Positions 11,613-24,779 of a stretch of DNA of 64,000 nucleotides are shown one piece after another; position 1 is the first letter of the stretch; the number at the start of each line of letters is the position of its first letter. This DNA is from Leucoraja ocellata (Eukaryota), in contig JAWMAR010000351.1 in the NCBI GenBank assembly GCA_036785375.1, positions 310,001 to 374,000 of the forward strand, in the 5' to 3' direction. A model generated the notes under the pieces. That model searched no databases. It was not told the origin of the DNA and was given only the letters and a program-made list of their open reading frames with translations. The position numbers were made by a program, and so were the translations under genes.

Positions 11613-12488
11613 GTATGAGCTTTTAATTGAGACATTTGCAGTAGATGCTGGAACCTGGAGGGAAAAAATGTATATTAATTACCTTGTGGAATTTATATAG
11701 AACAATTGAAGTTGTAATAGTGGCAGCTTGATGTCCAACAAAGGCATTTCTCATCTGCATGAGTAAGGTCCAGACTAAAATGGTATGCAGGTTCTTGTAT
11801 CGAACAACTTGGCCAAATTAGCCCTATCTGACCATTTTAGTCTATCTCCCCTATCAGAATTGCATTCAGTGACCTGCTGGATATCTACAAGTGAATTTTC
11901 ATTTCTCTGCTTTTGTTAAGTTCAGATGGAGTCAGTTTGGAGATCACAGTAACGTACATGGGACAATTTGGAGCCATTAGCCTTTGCACAGGAGGGATAT
12001 AGTTATACAGGCTATGTAAAATTATATCCCCAGAGAAGGGTGCAATGCATAAGGACATATTGCTAGCACAGGATATCGTGATGTGATTGCTTTCATACAC
12101 CTGCTTACCGGCCTGTGATAGGTAGCAAAGTGTAGAAGCCAGGAGGTCTGAGATGAATGCTGATCACTGGACTAAATTTTTTTAAAGCTGCATTTTTGCC
12201 TATTTGCTCGGCCCCATGTTTATTTCAGTGGATGAACACTTGTTTTAAGCAGCCGCCAAGAAGTCTCAAGAATACTTGATCTGGTATCAGGTCAGATGTC
12301 TTCTAAGTGTTTGAGACATGAGATATTTGCACTTTTGTTCTTTGGTGTGCCTGTTTTATAGGCTGTGATTTTCTGATTTGTTTGCTATCATCAGTTCTCA
12401 CAATAATTTTTTTAATTTTACTTGGGTGTATCTGGGTGAGGGAAAAATCAAGGGCCACAATTCAAGTTACTCTGTTTTTGTGTGCTAG

Positions 12489-12651
12489 GTACCAGCGGTT
12501 CAAGGAACTTTCTATTTTGCGAAGGCAGAAGCTAGAAGATTCTTTCAGTTTTCAGTGTTTCCGCCGTGATGCAGATGAATTGGAGAAATGGATTCAAGAG
12601 AAACTTCAAATTGCATCTGATGAAAATTATAAGGATCCCAGCAATCTGCAG
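12489..12651 (+). CDS. SPTAN1: SPTAN1 exon 2b
   Basis: ctag|G; YQRFKELSILRRQKLEDS...KDPSNLQ; |gtgctt; 163 nt. Confidence 0.95.
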
Positions 12652-12859
12652 GTGCTTGATATTTCAGATCTCTTTTTGAGAGGTTTAGCTCTGTGAAAGT
12701 ATTGTTTTGCATCTTGTTGTTCATTCCAGTAGCAGTAAATCTTTATGTCAATTTGACATTTTTTAGAATGATATTTTCAGCTAACAAGTAATTTTGATTC
12801 TTTGATATATGCAGTTTTATGTACAAAGAACTTGCTTTGCATGAACTCTGTGTGCATCT

Positions 12860-13490
12860 GGTGATTAGTGGTGTTCCACAGGGGTCGGTGTTGGGTCTGC
12901 CACTTTTCAACTTTTCACGTTGTATATCAATGATTTGGCTGATGGAATTGATGACTTTGTGGCCAAGTTTGCGGATATTACGGAGATAGGTGGAAGGGCT
13001 GGTAGCGTAGAGAAACCAGGGAATCTGCAGAAGGGTTTGGGAGAATGGGCAAAGAATGGCAGATGGAATAGAGTGTGTGGTCATGAATTTTGGTTAAGGG
13101 AATAAAGGCTTAGGGTTAGACTATTTTCTAAATGGGGAAAAGATTCAGAAATCGGAGATGCAAAGGGACTTGGGAGTGTTGGTGCAAGATTCCCCAAAGA
13201 TTAATTTGGAAGTTGAATCAGTAGTAAGGAAGGCAAATGCAATGTTAGCATTCATTTAGAGAGGATGAGAATATAAAAGCAGGAATGTAATGCTGAGACT
13301 TTATAAGCATTGGTCAGACTGCATTTAGAGTATTTTGAGCAGTTTTAGGCCCCATATCTGAGGAAGATATGCTGGCATTGGAAAGAGTTCAGAGGAGGTT
13401 TACGAGAATGATCCCAGTGATGAGCGTTTGATGGCTCTGGGACTACTCGCTGGGGTTTAGAAGGACAAAGGGGGATCTCAATGAAACTTA
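12860..13490 (+). mobile_element. CR1 LINE RT fragment (degenerate)
   Basis: SGVPQGSVLG (agtggtgttccacaggggtcggtgttggg), YINDL...KFAD motif, later LEY/FRP-type block; frameshifted. Confidence 0.88.
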
Positions 13491-13834
13491 GGGAAATTAA
13501 AAATACAGAAAAACAAACTTAAACATATTTGAGACACGGTAAAGTCAGACATGATTTTTCTTTCTAAACTTTCATTCCCTCAATGAAAAAAATCTGTTGG
13601 GAGCTATTTCTAAATATGTTCTGCTGCAAAAACATGTATTTCACTATAATTGGAGTTGCAATACAAGTGCTTGCAATATCCTCAGTTTTATAACTTTTCG
13701 TAACACCTGCATAATGAAGATTGTCCTTGCAGGTAAAGATGCTGCTTGTGCCATACAATTATTGCCAAGCATGAGGTAATGCCATCACTAAAGGAAATAG
13801 GAAAATTATGGTGTTTTGTTTTTATCTTTGGCAG

Positions 13835-13960
13835 GGTAAGCTGCAGAAACATCAGGCATTCGAGGCTGAAGTGCAGGCTAATGCTACTGCCATCATCAAA
13901 CTTGATGAATTTGGTAACAAGATGATTACAAATGAGCATTTTGCCACAGAAATTATTCGA
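13835..13960 (+). CDS. SPTAN1: SPTAN1 exon 3
   Basis: GKLQKHQAFEAEVQAN...ATEIIR; ag/gtaagt; 126 nt. Confidence 0.96.
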
Positions 13961-15820
13961 GTAAGTGGGTTTTCTGTTGTATGGTTTCATGTTTTTGTAT
14001 TGTTAATTAGAAATGTAATTTTTATTGTTAATCTTTAGTCTTTCACGCCCTACCGGACTACACAACGACCTATTGTAACCACAGTACACATTGGTACTCA
14101 CATGGAAGTAGGTGCCCCTTGCTGTGTAGTGCAGTGCTTATGCTTTGAATTTCCTCTCTTGAGTTGAAAATGTAATTATTTTACTTTGACTTTATTATTG
14201 GCTGTCCTTTTAAAATTGTTAATATTGAATTTCTGATCTGAGCCTCGGTGTCACTTTGTAATTGGCTGAGAAAATTTTAATAATAAAGTTGAATTGCCTC
14301 GTAGTACTATCCAAGCTTCGTTCATAAGTGAAACGTGCTGGTACTGCATCATTTTCAATATTGTGGTTCTCTTCAATCATCGTAGTTAACTAAATGCCTT
14401 TCTTTCAACTTTGAGGGTAGGAAGCAGTTTGTAGAGTATTTTCTGAATAAATAAAAGAGCAAAGCACATTATTTGTGATAACCCCATCTGTACAAGTAGA
14501 ACGTTGCTTATCAATTTAAAACCATGTTATTCATGGTGGGGATAGTTGTATTGAAACTGCAAGCATAAGGAATGTTATCTTGCATTTGAAGTGTATTGAC
14601 TCCTTTTGGCATCTTTGCATGTGTAAAATTACACTCAAACGATTAGTTTTGGTTTAAAATGGTTTACTTCATCTTTATAGTTTTAGCTTATCCAATCTAG
14701 TTGGGATCCACTTAAATTCACGACATTTCTCTTCTGCCTGTTGTATGGCTGCAAAATGGGGAAAAAACCTATTATGACTTTAAATTCTAGTTTTAATTTT
14801 TTTTTAAAACCCAAACCGTTAACATTACTTTTTCTTCACTTCAAGTAATATTCACATATTTTTTTTGTTTTCATGTGCTCCTGGTGGTATAGTCTAATGG
14901 TGTTTTAAAAAAAAATTGTATACTGTTCAAGGTTTTCCAAAAGAGTTTGCTGAGTGAAACAATCTTCTTTACAAATGGAAGCTCTGAGAGCCTTTTTAGA
15001 CGAGAGGCTGTGAACATCTGTCTGTCTTATAAATGGGATCTCTTGCCACAATCAGCTTTTTTTGCTGAATATTACCCACAATTTTTTGTTGGTTATGATT
15101 CTGGTGGATTTTCATTTAAAGCCAGAAGGGGAGGCCAGTAATATATACTATCAATTGCAGTAATTTTCACCTTTTAAGCTTTGGGGAAAAAATTGTGATG
15201 AATGTATCATCACAATTCATCTAGTTTTGTGATTTTTATCATTCATACCCTATCATAAACTTTCTACTTCCCAAAATAAGAGCGAGTCCAATGCTTTCAG
15301 TGGCACAATTGGTCTACTGGTTTGAGCATTTTACATTGGTTAGACCATTTCATTTCCTGAAATTATATTTATGGTAAAATAGTAATACACGATTAACCAA
15401 AATGGGTGTCAAAGCTTCTTATTTGATCACCTTTATTTTTGAATGTGTGTGTGTGTGGCACTCATGAGAAAAATATAATACAAAGTTGAGAATATAATGT
15501 CCAGTTTGAAATCTGTAGTGTGGTTGCAGGAAGCCTTTGTTGTAATTTTATCAACAGAAACAGCTGTCAGAGGTTGTTTCCATGTTTTCTTCTGCTTCCT
15601 TTGAAAGAATGCTGTTGTAATAGAACTTGATCAATGTAAAGCTCTTGAAGGTAATCTACCACTACCTACCTATAAGAAGACAGCTGCAGTATTATGTGGG
15701 ACACAATTTGTACAGAAACATTGTGATGTGATGGCATTCAGAAACCTAACACCATTTGTCTTCATTCTGTTTGCAAAAAAAGCTGATTTTCTTTGATCAG
15801 TTTAGTTTCTGTCTTTCAAG

Positions 15821-15961
15821 ACCCGACTGGAGGAGCTTCATCAACTATGGGCGCGCCTGCTGGAGAAAATGAGGGAGAAGGGGATTCGACTTCTGCAGAC
15901 GCAGAAGCTGGTGCAGTATCAGCGAGAGTGTGATGATGTCATGGACTGGATCAATGATAAG
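15821..15961 (+). CDS. SPTAN1: SPTAN1 exon 4
   Basis: TRLEELHQLWARLLEKMREKG...MDWINDK; 141 nt. Confidence 0.96.
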
Positions 15962-16695
15962 GTCAGTAGTTTGTTTTAGTGATAAGAATTGGAATATCCA
16001 GTTGCACAGCAGGAGAAAACGTGCAGTTGAATTAGATTAAAAATGGCCTTTGAATAGTCAATGAGATCATAATGTTCCATCATACACTGCAACGGCAGCT
16101 TCTCCATGTTAGAAAGATATGCCCGTACAAAAAGCTGCATGTTCTTAAATGGTCTTATTACCGATGGAGAGGTCAATAATTCATGTTAACCATTAAACCC
16201 CTGTGAGAGTCAGTAGATGGGAGAGTTTATAGCAATCAACGTTGGAAAAATAATATTCACCCAATCATGTCTCTGCTAACCTTTCGAATGAGCAGTTCAT
16301 ACCTCTATCACAAAAGCCTAGTAACTTTTGTTTCGTATTTGAAAGTGTGCTTTTGTTTATTAAAATGCAACATTGTGTACTTGAATAGTAATATCATCAA
16401 TGCCCTGGAGTTTCACAAGTTTTATTTTGGGGGGGAATCTAAGATCATTTCCACGTGGCACAACAGATAATCTGCCTGAAATGAAGTTCTGAGCCTAAAT
16501 GTCTGGAAAGATGTTGTGGATTTTTTTAAATTGAGAAATAGGTCTTATTTTTAATTTGGTTCAAAGCCATTTGATGAATTTCCCTTTTTATGGTGCATAA
16601 TTTCATTGATTAACATGGATAAAATATTTTACATTGTACCTCGTTTCTTTGTATTTCAAAATCATACTTAAGCTAATTAAAGTTCCAACTTTTAG

Positions 16696-16842
16696 GAGGC
16701 TTTTGTCACATCAGAGGAAGTTGGCCAGGATTTGGAGCATGTGGAGGTTTTGCAGAAGAAATTTGAGGAATTCCAAACTGACCTTGCAGCTCACGAGGAG
16801 CGTGTTAATGAAGTTAATCAACTTGCTGGAAAACTGGAACAG
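16696..16842 (+). CDS. SPTAN1: SPTAN1 exon 5
   Basis: EAFVTSEEVGQDLEHVEVLQKKF...KLEQ; 147 nt. Confidence 0.96.
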
Positions 16843-17684
16843 GTTTGAGAAAGCTTTTTAAGTTAAGAATGGGTTAGCTATTTATCTATAGCTCTGTTCC
16901 GAAGCTAAATTTGCACTGCAATTCTGCATTAAATTGGGAATTGTTCGTCAGCAAGACAGAGTGGGCAGTTTGCACAGCAGATATAACACTGCTAAAATTG
17001 GGGTTATAATATTTTCAGAACATTTAGAAGGCCCCTGTCAGCGAGCTTATATGGGCTGTGATGTGGATGAGCATGCAGATACGTTTGTTATTTATGGGTG
17101 TGGTGAGGGGAAATACCAGCTGCTGTTTTCTGAATTGCAACCAGGCAGCTGCAATTCAGGATCTAAGAAAACGGGATGTAGAAAAACACTGAATTCCAAT
17201 TACCTGATTTTTGTGAAGCAATTGTTCATTCCACAATATCTCTTGTATTCTTCCAAGAAATTCTTCAGAAGCTCATCTAATTTGCTTATATTTACTTGCC
17301 CATAAGGAGATACTACTTGTTCATGGGCAATGTTTTAATTGATATTTTTAATGCAACTATACACCCAATTGCACTGTTGCATTTGTGTAACAATATGAAA
17401 TAATGTTTAATTTTATAATTATAATTTTGCCTCTTAATACATTTTCAGATTGATGGATAATATTAAATTTAATTGAAATCTCAAGGAAAATATCAGTTCA
17501 ATTATCTGCAGCTAAATGTTTGTTTTATTCAACCTATTCAAGTCCTCTTTTAAAATTCTGCCTCATTACGTTTGGATGATAACATATATACTGCGTATTT
17601 TTCTGGTGCGTTCCCTTAGGAAAGTAATGTAAATACGTTAATTGTGGAGAGAAACCTGTTACTATCATCTTTCTCTTTCTGCAG

Positions 17685-17818
17685 GAGAATCATCCTGAGC
17701 TGACACTTATCACCCATCGTCAGGATGAGGTCAATGTTGCTTGGCAACGACTCAAAGGCCTGGTACTACAACGGCAAGGAAAACTTTTTGGAGCTGCAGA
17801 AGTACAGCGTTTTAATAG
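17685..17818 (+). CDS. SPTAN1: SPTAN1 exon 6
   Basis: [23 protein letters not shown]...VQRFNR; 134 nt. Confidence 0.96.
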
Positions 17819-18273
17819 GTGAGTCAACTGTTACAATCACGTCTGAGAAAATAATAAAAGCTTCCTGAATAGTGAGAAGGATATTCCGGATTCCAGTACT
17901 TGGTAATCTGCTTTGAGGAAACTGCATATGCCAGATTTAATCCCAATCAGTTTAATTTTCAACGGATTATTGTTCCAAACTCTGCAGGAAGCTAAATAGT
18001 TCCTTTTTACTGGTTTGGGGAATAAAAGCTTTGTAATTTAGTCTTTAATTGAGTGGTGTTTATGTGTTATTTTAAGTTGGATGCGAAATAAACAAGAACC
18101 CTCTTTTCAATAATTTAATTCTTTTGCAATATATGAAAAATAATTTTCACTAATATAATAATTTTCATGGTCAAAAAAACATTGAATGGAAGCAAAGAAG
18201 AGTTAGATAGTATGTGTGTTAAATTAGTGTTGCAGTTTCAACTTCTGAATAAATGCTTATTACAACATTATAG

Positions 18274-18418
18274 AGATGTGGATGAAACCATTAGTTGGAT
18301 TAAAGAGAAAGAACAGCTAATGGCTTCGGATGATTTTGGACGTGATCTAGCCAGTGTGCAAACACTTCTTCGTAAGCATGAAGGCTTGGAGAGAGATCTA
18401 GCAGCTCTGGAGGATAAG
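18274..18418 (+). CDS. SPTAN1: SPTAN1 exon 7
   Basis: DVDETISWIKEKEQLMASDDFGRDL...LEDK; 145 nt. Confidence 0.96.
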
Positions 18419-18857
18419 GTAATCCTAGAAATCTGATGGCTAGAAATCTACAAATTATTTATGTGCTTTTAAAATGTAGTTTTGGTTTCTGTATGATAAT
18501 TAAGTGCTATTAGCACTAAATAAATAATAGACTTTTAAATAAATTCATGTGCTTTAGCTACTGGAAAGAACTCAACTTGTTTATATGGGTGCCGAGGACC
18601 TATGGTGACTGATATCTGACATTGTAATGTTACAGATTTAATAATACTATTTATTCATTCCTAGTGCTATAAGCGTCAGATTATAAATGAAAAAAATCAT
18701 TCCATTTGGCATGGAGAACAGTTATTAAATTCTTAAATATTTAAAGTAATGAAAAGATAACTGCAGCTAAAATTGCAACTATTATTTGGCACATAATTCA
18801 TTTCTCAAACATGAGATATATTATCATTGATATTAACTTTGTATTTTTGTTTTGCAG

Positions 18858-19012
18858 GTGAAGGCACTCACCTCTGAGGCAGATCGCCTGCAACAGTCAC
18901 ACCCACAGAACGCAGCCCAGATTCAGGTCAAACAAGAAGAGCTTATTCAAAATTGGGAGCGAATCCGCACCTTAGCAGCGCAAAGGCATACCCGTCTGGA
19001 TGATTCATACAG
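18858..19012 (+). CDS. SPTAN1: SPTAN1 exon 8
   Basis: VKALTSEADRLQQSHPQN...LDDSYR; 155 nt. Confidence 0.96.
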
Positions 19013-19249
19013 GTAAAAGTGACAGTGAGAAGGCCAAATAGTTACACTGGGACCTCAAGAAAGTGGCAAGGGAATTTGCTTTCTATTTAGCCAGTATTAG
19101 TATTCTAATACGGGGCATATCTTGCAAACCTTTTATTGAAGTAACCATAAATAGGACTTTCAAAATCTTTGTTTCATGTTGACTTGTCAAAGTGACATTT
19201 TGCCTTAAAGAAGCAATGAATTATTTTCTCTCATATGATTTAACAGAGC

Positions 19250-19600
19250 CGCATTGGCTCTGGTATGTTTACTGCTGAAACCTATTTGTATCCTAAACCT
19301 GAACATTTCAAAGTGCTCCAAGCTAGCCTCCCATCTTCCAGTCTTTGACTCATTCAAAGTTTTGTTGCTTTTAGCCAAGTCTGCATCGTCACATTATTTT
19401 GTTTTTTCTATGTTGCCCAATATCGAGGTTTGTTCTTATGTTTTCACCTCCTTACTCAAATCTTGCCCTGACTTCTTGTCATTTTGTGAGCTACAATTCT
19501 GGTCTCCTTTTATCCCCACTCCTATTGTTAGCAGCTGCCCTCAGTAGCTGTGGAGCTCCTTCGTCTGGAACACATCGCTAAGTCCCTGCCCCTCATATTC
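19250..19600 (+). mobile_element. old L2-like LINE 3' remnant (tentative)
   Basis: Degenerate HLPV..FKVLLL and LWN-like motifs. Confidence 0.35.
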
Positions 19601-19840
19601 TTTATAATCTTTTCAGTTTGCCTTGGTCTTTGTCTTCATATTTCCTTCCTTGCTTAGCTTGTGGCCTTTTCTTTGAATGGGAGTCTTGACTATTGGATTA
19701 AGCAGAATAATCACAAGACTTCAACAGCTACAGTGCTTGAAGTGTTTAATTATCTGGTTTTGTAGTAAAGTGTTCTGTGATGGCTGGAGAATTGTTCATG
19801 AAAGTGACCATAGTTTGAGACTATGTTAAATTTTTCCCAG

Positions 19841-19976
19841 GCTGCAACGTTTCCTAGCAGATTTCCGTGACCTGACAAGCTGGGTGACTGAAATGAAGGC
19901 GCTCATCAGTGCTGACGAATTGGCGAATGACGTGGCTGGAGCAGAGGCATTACTTGATAGACATCAGGAACATAAG
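19841..19976 (+). CDS. SPTAN1: SPTAN1 exon 9
   Basis: [19 protein letters not shown]...DRHQEHK; 136 nt. Confidence 0.96.
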
Positions 19977-20513
19977 GTGATTCTAGTCTTACACCATTCT
20001 AAGTGTGTAGGCTCACTTGTTAAGGGATGTGAATAGTCCACTAATTGCCTAGTCAAAATACTATTTAAAAAAAAATTACTATTAGCAGGAAATTGTTGAA
20101 GAAGCACATATAATCATACTAATTACCTTCTCTACTAATTTACACAGCATAAACACGCTTCTGCTATATTCAGGTACTCATTTTATGATGTGATTGTGAT
20201 GCCTGAACGATTTTAATGGTTATATACTTGTTTATTCAAATGTGAAACAGTCATGAATGGAGCTACTCCATTATACTCTGGTATTATTCATTAAGCTTGA
20301 AGATGAACAGGCTGTTTCCAACTTTGATATATCTAGATCAATCCAGATTTTGTTCCATTCACAAAATGCAGATGGAGAAATTCTGCACTGCTAAAGACAT
20401 CACTGCCTAATCACAGATTAATATTATTGTAATAAACGAATAAAGCAGATTATAAAGATTTTAATGACCTGAACAGAAATTAATGTAACATTTACATATC
20501 TGATATTTTCCAG

Positions 20514-20615
20514 GGTGAAATTGATGCTCATGAAGACAGCTTCAAGACAACAGATGAAGCAGGACAAGCCCTGCTTGCTGGTGAGCACTACGCATCTGAT
20601 GAGGTCCGAGAGAAG
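20514..20615 (+). CDS. SPTAN1: SPTAN1 exon 10
   Basis: GEIDAHEDSFKTTDEAGQ...DEVREK; 102 nt. Confidence 0.96.
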
Positions 20616-20689
20616 GTATGATACTCCCGTATTGAAGCTGTCAATATTTTTTGCTGTTAAGGAAATTGCAATGTTGCGAGTCGCATTTG

Positions 20690-20945
20690 CCCATGGCCTT
20701 ATAAACCTTTCCTATCCATATACCTATTCAAATGTCTTATAAAAGTCATAATTGTATTCACGTCTCTCGCTTTCTCTGGCAGCTCTTTCCAGATATGGAT
20801 ACCTTCTGAATGGAAAATGTTGTCTCTGTTGTCCCTCATAAGACCCTCTCATCTCTCCCTAGGCATATGCCCTCTATTTGTATAATCCTCTTTCCTGGGT
20901 AAGAGACTCTGAGCGTTCACTTTATTCATGCCCCTCCTGACTCCT
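20690..20945 (-). mobile_element. CR1 LINE 3' fragment
   Basis: Reverse complement of CR1 3' motifs (ttcctatccatatacctattcaaatgtctt...ctggcagctctttccag). Confidence 0.6.
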
Positions 20946-21669
20946 CAATGAGGGATGAGAGTGATATTTCACAAAGGAACTGCAGATATTGGTTTACAAA
21001 AAAAACACCAAGTGCTGGAGACACAAGGGTGTCAGATAATGTATGAGCAGGCATCTTGTACCTGTCAAGCTGTGCAAATTTATCCACCTTAATGTGCTAT
21101 AAAACTGCTATTGTTTCCTTGTTGATAATATGTATCGGATATTAGACATCACACTTTCTATGCCTCCTGCTCTTTAGTAAAATCGGATGCGAAATATTAA
21201 TGTAATATCTCCCTCATCTCTTGTGCCTTGGCACAAAGATGACCATGCTGATCTATAAAGCGAACAATTATTTCCCTAGCTCCCCGTTTATTCTTAATAT
21301 ACCTGTAGAATCTCTTGAGATTTTCCTTCACCTTGACTGCCAGCTCTGTTTCATGCCCTCTTTTTGCCCTCCTGGTTGCTTTCTTAAGTGTCCCACTATT
21401 CTAATACAGAAGGATTTGCTTGATCTCAACTGCCTAAATCTGACATGTGCTTCCTTGATCTCGTGCTTAAATCAGTCATATACTTCCTTTTTCCTGACCA
21501 GAGCCTCAACATCTTGTCAACCAGTTGGGATTGTACCTTTCTACATAATAGAAAATTGGATTTTTGGATATCTAAAATTTGTCTATTTCTGGTAATTCAA
21601 ATAATCATAGGTGTATATCATTTTTCTGTTTGAATCTAATGATTGTAAATGTCTTGATTTATTTCTTAG

Positions 21670-21807
21670 CTGGGAATTCTTGCTGAGGAGAAAGTTTCTC
21701 TTCTCGACCTGTGGGAGCTCCGTAGACACCAATACGAGCAATGCATGGATCTGCAGCTCTTTTACCGTGACACTGAGCAGGTGGATAACTGGATGAGCAA
21801 ACAGGAG
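21670..21807 (+). CDS. SPTAN1: SPTAN1 exon 11
   Basis: LGILAEEKVSLLDLWELRRHQYEQCMDLQLFYRD...SKQE; 138 nt. Confidence 0.96.
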
Positions 21808-23083
21808 GTAAGTTAATTTCCATTACTTTCCTTTTTAATTATTTTACCGTTCACCTATGCCTCTAGTTAACATAAAATTATTTTATTTTACCCCAGTTGC
21901 CTCTGCCTTGGCCTAGCATAATTTAATTCTGCAATATTAAATCTGTCTTCAACTGAACTCTTCAGTCCCCTGGTCCTATCACTACTTGTACTTTGGTGGT
22001 CAAAATTGTACTGTGCACTCCGACATAATATGTTTCTATTATGCACAGTATATACCTGCCCTTGTATTCTGTGCCTTGTCTACTTGACCTGCTATTTTTG
22101 GGACTATGTAGTCATGCACTTGCTGCTCTCTCTTCAATTGCACTTTACTATTCCAGCACTTTGCATTAGCTTGCCGTACTGGCTCTTCCCAAATGCATCA
22201 GTCTGCATTTCTCTGGATTTAATTCATTTTGCCACATTAACCAATCCATTGGTATGCTCTTTAAAACCTATTATGGCAGTAGATGTGTTTTAACCTTAAT
22301 AGGTCCTTTACCTTTCTGTATTTATAAAAGCTCTTGGTGATATCCTTTTATTTTGCATACAATGATTTTTTTTTCATGCATCTACTTTGCTTTCAAAATG
22401 TATTTAAAATCATTCCTGCACTTTCTGCAGTCTGGAGTATAGAAGGTATTGCCTTGTTTCTATCTTAAACCTTGTTGGACCCCTTTCTGTTATGCTTATT
22501 GGTGCGGAGGAAGTCTAGAAATGGGGGTTCTAAACATTTTTCATTGATTCATCCGTTTTTAATGTATTAAAACAAATTTGCTTGAACTGTCTCCATTCTG
22601 AAATCCTCTCATTCTGCTGGCTCAGTTTACATTTACTGAGGTCTGGGAATGGAATTTCACATTGACAGCTGTATATTGAATGAGAAGTTGAAAGATGTGG
22701 TCTTCAACTGCAAATTACAGATTAGATTGTAGGGTAATGAATGGCTGGTGAGCTTTCATGTAAGTTTTCAGCACTCGAACATTGGAGAAAACGTACAGTA
22801 TTTATCATTAGGTGCAAGTTTATGCTAAAATCATTCACCCTTTTTATACGTAGTCATCTCAAACCTTAGCTAATCGTATTTCATAAATGTGGTTTTGCTG
22901 AACAAAATCCATCGTTATATCAAAATAATTAAAATATTGATTGCAAATTTTGTCTTCTAATGCTGCCTCGAGCAATAATTTTGGAATACTAAGCTCTCTC
23001 TTAAGATTTCAGGTGGCAACAAATATGGAGATTTAGTTTCTGGTGGAAACAAATATATATTTTTTAACTTTGATCTTATGTAG

Positions 23084-23194
23084 GCTTTCTTGTTGAATGA
23101 AGATTTGGGAGATTCACTTGATAGTGTAGAAGCACTCCTGAAAAAGCATGAAGATTTTGAGAAGTCCCTTGGTGCTCAAGAAGAGAAAATTACG
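23084..23194 (+). CDS. SPTAN1: SPTAN1 exon 12
   Basis: [25 protein letters not shown]...EEKIT; 111 nt. Confidence 0.96.
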
Positions 23195-23286
23195 GTAGGA
23201 TTGCCAAAATTCTTCCAGTTCATGATATTTTTGTTATGTGTTTTGATCTTTACTATTTGTAACTATACCATTTTTTTTCCAATCAG

Positions 23287-23364
23287 GCATTGGAAGAATT
23301 TGCTACCAAGTTGATTCAGAGTGATCACTACGCTAAGGAAGATGTTGCAGCTCGTCGTGATGCG
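23287..23364 (+). CDS. SPTAN1: SPTAN1 exon 13
   Basis: [26 protein letters not shown]; 78 nt; preceded by a 92-bp intron. Confidence 0.96.
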
Positions 23365-23779
23365 GTAACTTTGTGTTGCTTTATCTTTTAAATGTCCATG
23401 AAATATTTTTTTTTCATTTCAGAGATTTTTATATTGTGTAATTGTTTAATGAATAGATAGTTTTAAATTGTTTCCATTTACCTACTACAGATACTTAATG
23501 CACGAGAAAGTGATCTCTTCCCATTAGGATAGGCTTATCTTATCAACTAATTGTCACAGAAGTGGGCATTGTACCCTTGTGCTGCCTCAGTAAAAGAATG
23601 GACCAATTAGTTGCACTCAATTCATTTTTGCCATTGCTCAGCATTTAATTTACTACTTTGAATATACACTATTCTTTTGAAAGTTGCCGATGAATCGACC
23701 TCTATCATCCCTTCTGACAATGCATTTCAGATTTTTAACAACTTGCTGAGTTTCTCATCTTACTGATTTTTGTTTATAG

Positions 23780-23935
23780 CTGCTGAGCCGTAGGAATGCT
23801 CTCCATGAGCGTGCCATGTATCGCCGTGTGGTGTTGGAGAACTCCTTCAGTCTGCAGCAGTTTTTCCGTGACTCGGATGAGTTGAAGAGTTGGATAAATG
23901 AAAAGATGAAAACTGCCACCGATGAAGCTCACAAG
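23780..23935 (+). CDS. SPTAN1: SPTAN1 exon 14
   Basis: LLSRRNALHERAMYRR...TATDEAHK; 156 nt. Confidence 0.96.
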
Positions 23936-24090
23936 GTGAGATTGTGCAGTGGTATAACGCTACTGGTATACAAATTGTGTTGATCAAAATTTATATCTGG
24001 ATATTTAATGTCTCCTGCATTGAGCAGTCATGCTCTCTGGAGCATCTTAACTTCAATGGATCTTAAAACAGTTTGTATCTAGTTACTTAA

Positions 24091-24412
24091 GGGTGGTGCA
24101 GCTGGTCAAACTGCTGCCTTACAATACCAGGGACCCAGATTTGATCCTCACCTCGGCCGTTATCTGTGTGAAGTTTGCACGTTCTCCTTTTGACTGTGTG
24201 GGTTTGCTCTGGGTGCTCTGGTTTCCTTCCACATCCAAAAGATGTGGGTTTATGGATTAATTGGCCACTTTAAAATTACCCTTAATATGTAGGGTGTGGA
24301 CGAGAGAGTGGACTAACAGAACAAGTGTGAAAGGGTGATTGATGGCCTGAGTGGTATCAGTGGGCATAAGGGCCTGTTTCCATAGTGTATCTAAACTCAA
24401 ACTAAACCAAAC
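24091..24412 (+). mobile_element. V-SINE (HE1-like)
   Basis: gggtggtgcagctggt...gatttgatcc (A/B boxes), V-domain gggtttgctctgggtgctctggtttccttccacatccaaaagatgt, tail gggcctgtttcc...ctaaact. Confidence 0.82.
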
Positions 24413-24574
24413 TATTCTATTTAAATAGATTTTATTCTAAAATTCCTAACCACAATTGGGATTTTTAATGTTTAGGATTAGTTTTAAATAGTGAATTGTT
24501 CACCTGGGATTTATTGTCTTCAATGCAGCAATATTTTGAAGCATTTCTTTGTCTTTGTAAATTCTTGGATGTAG

Positions 24575-24779
24575 GATCCTTCCAATTTGCAAGGAAAGGT
24601 TCAAAAACACCAGGCTTTTGAGGCCGAACTTTCAGCCAACCAGAGCCGCATTGACACTCTGCAGAAAGCTGGCCAGGAACTGATTGATGCTAACCACTAC
24701 GCCTCAGATGAAGTGTCTGCTCGGATGAATGAAGTCATCTCCCTGTGGAAAAGGCTGCTCGAGGCCACAGAAATGAAAG
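24575..24779 (+). CDS. SPTAN1: SPTAN1 exon 15
   Basis: DPSNLQGKVQKHQAFEAELSAN...ATEMKG; 205 nt. Confidence 0.96.
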
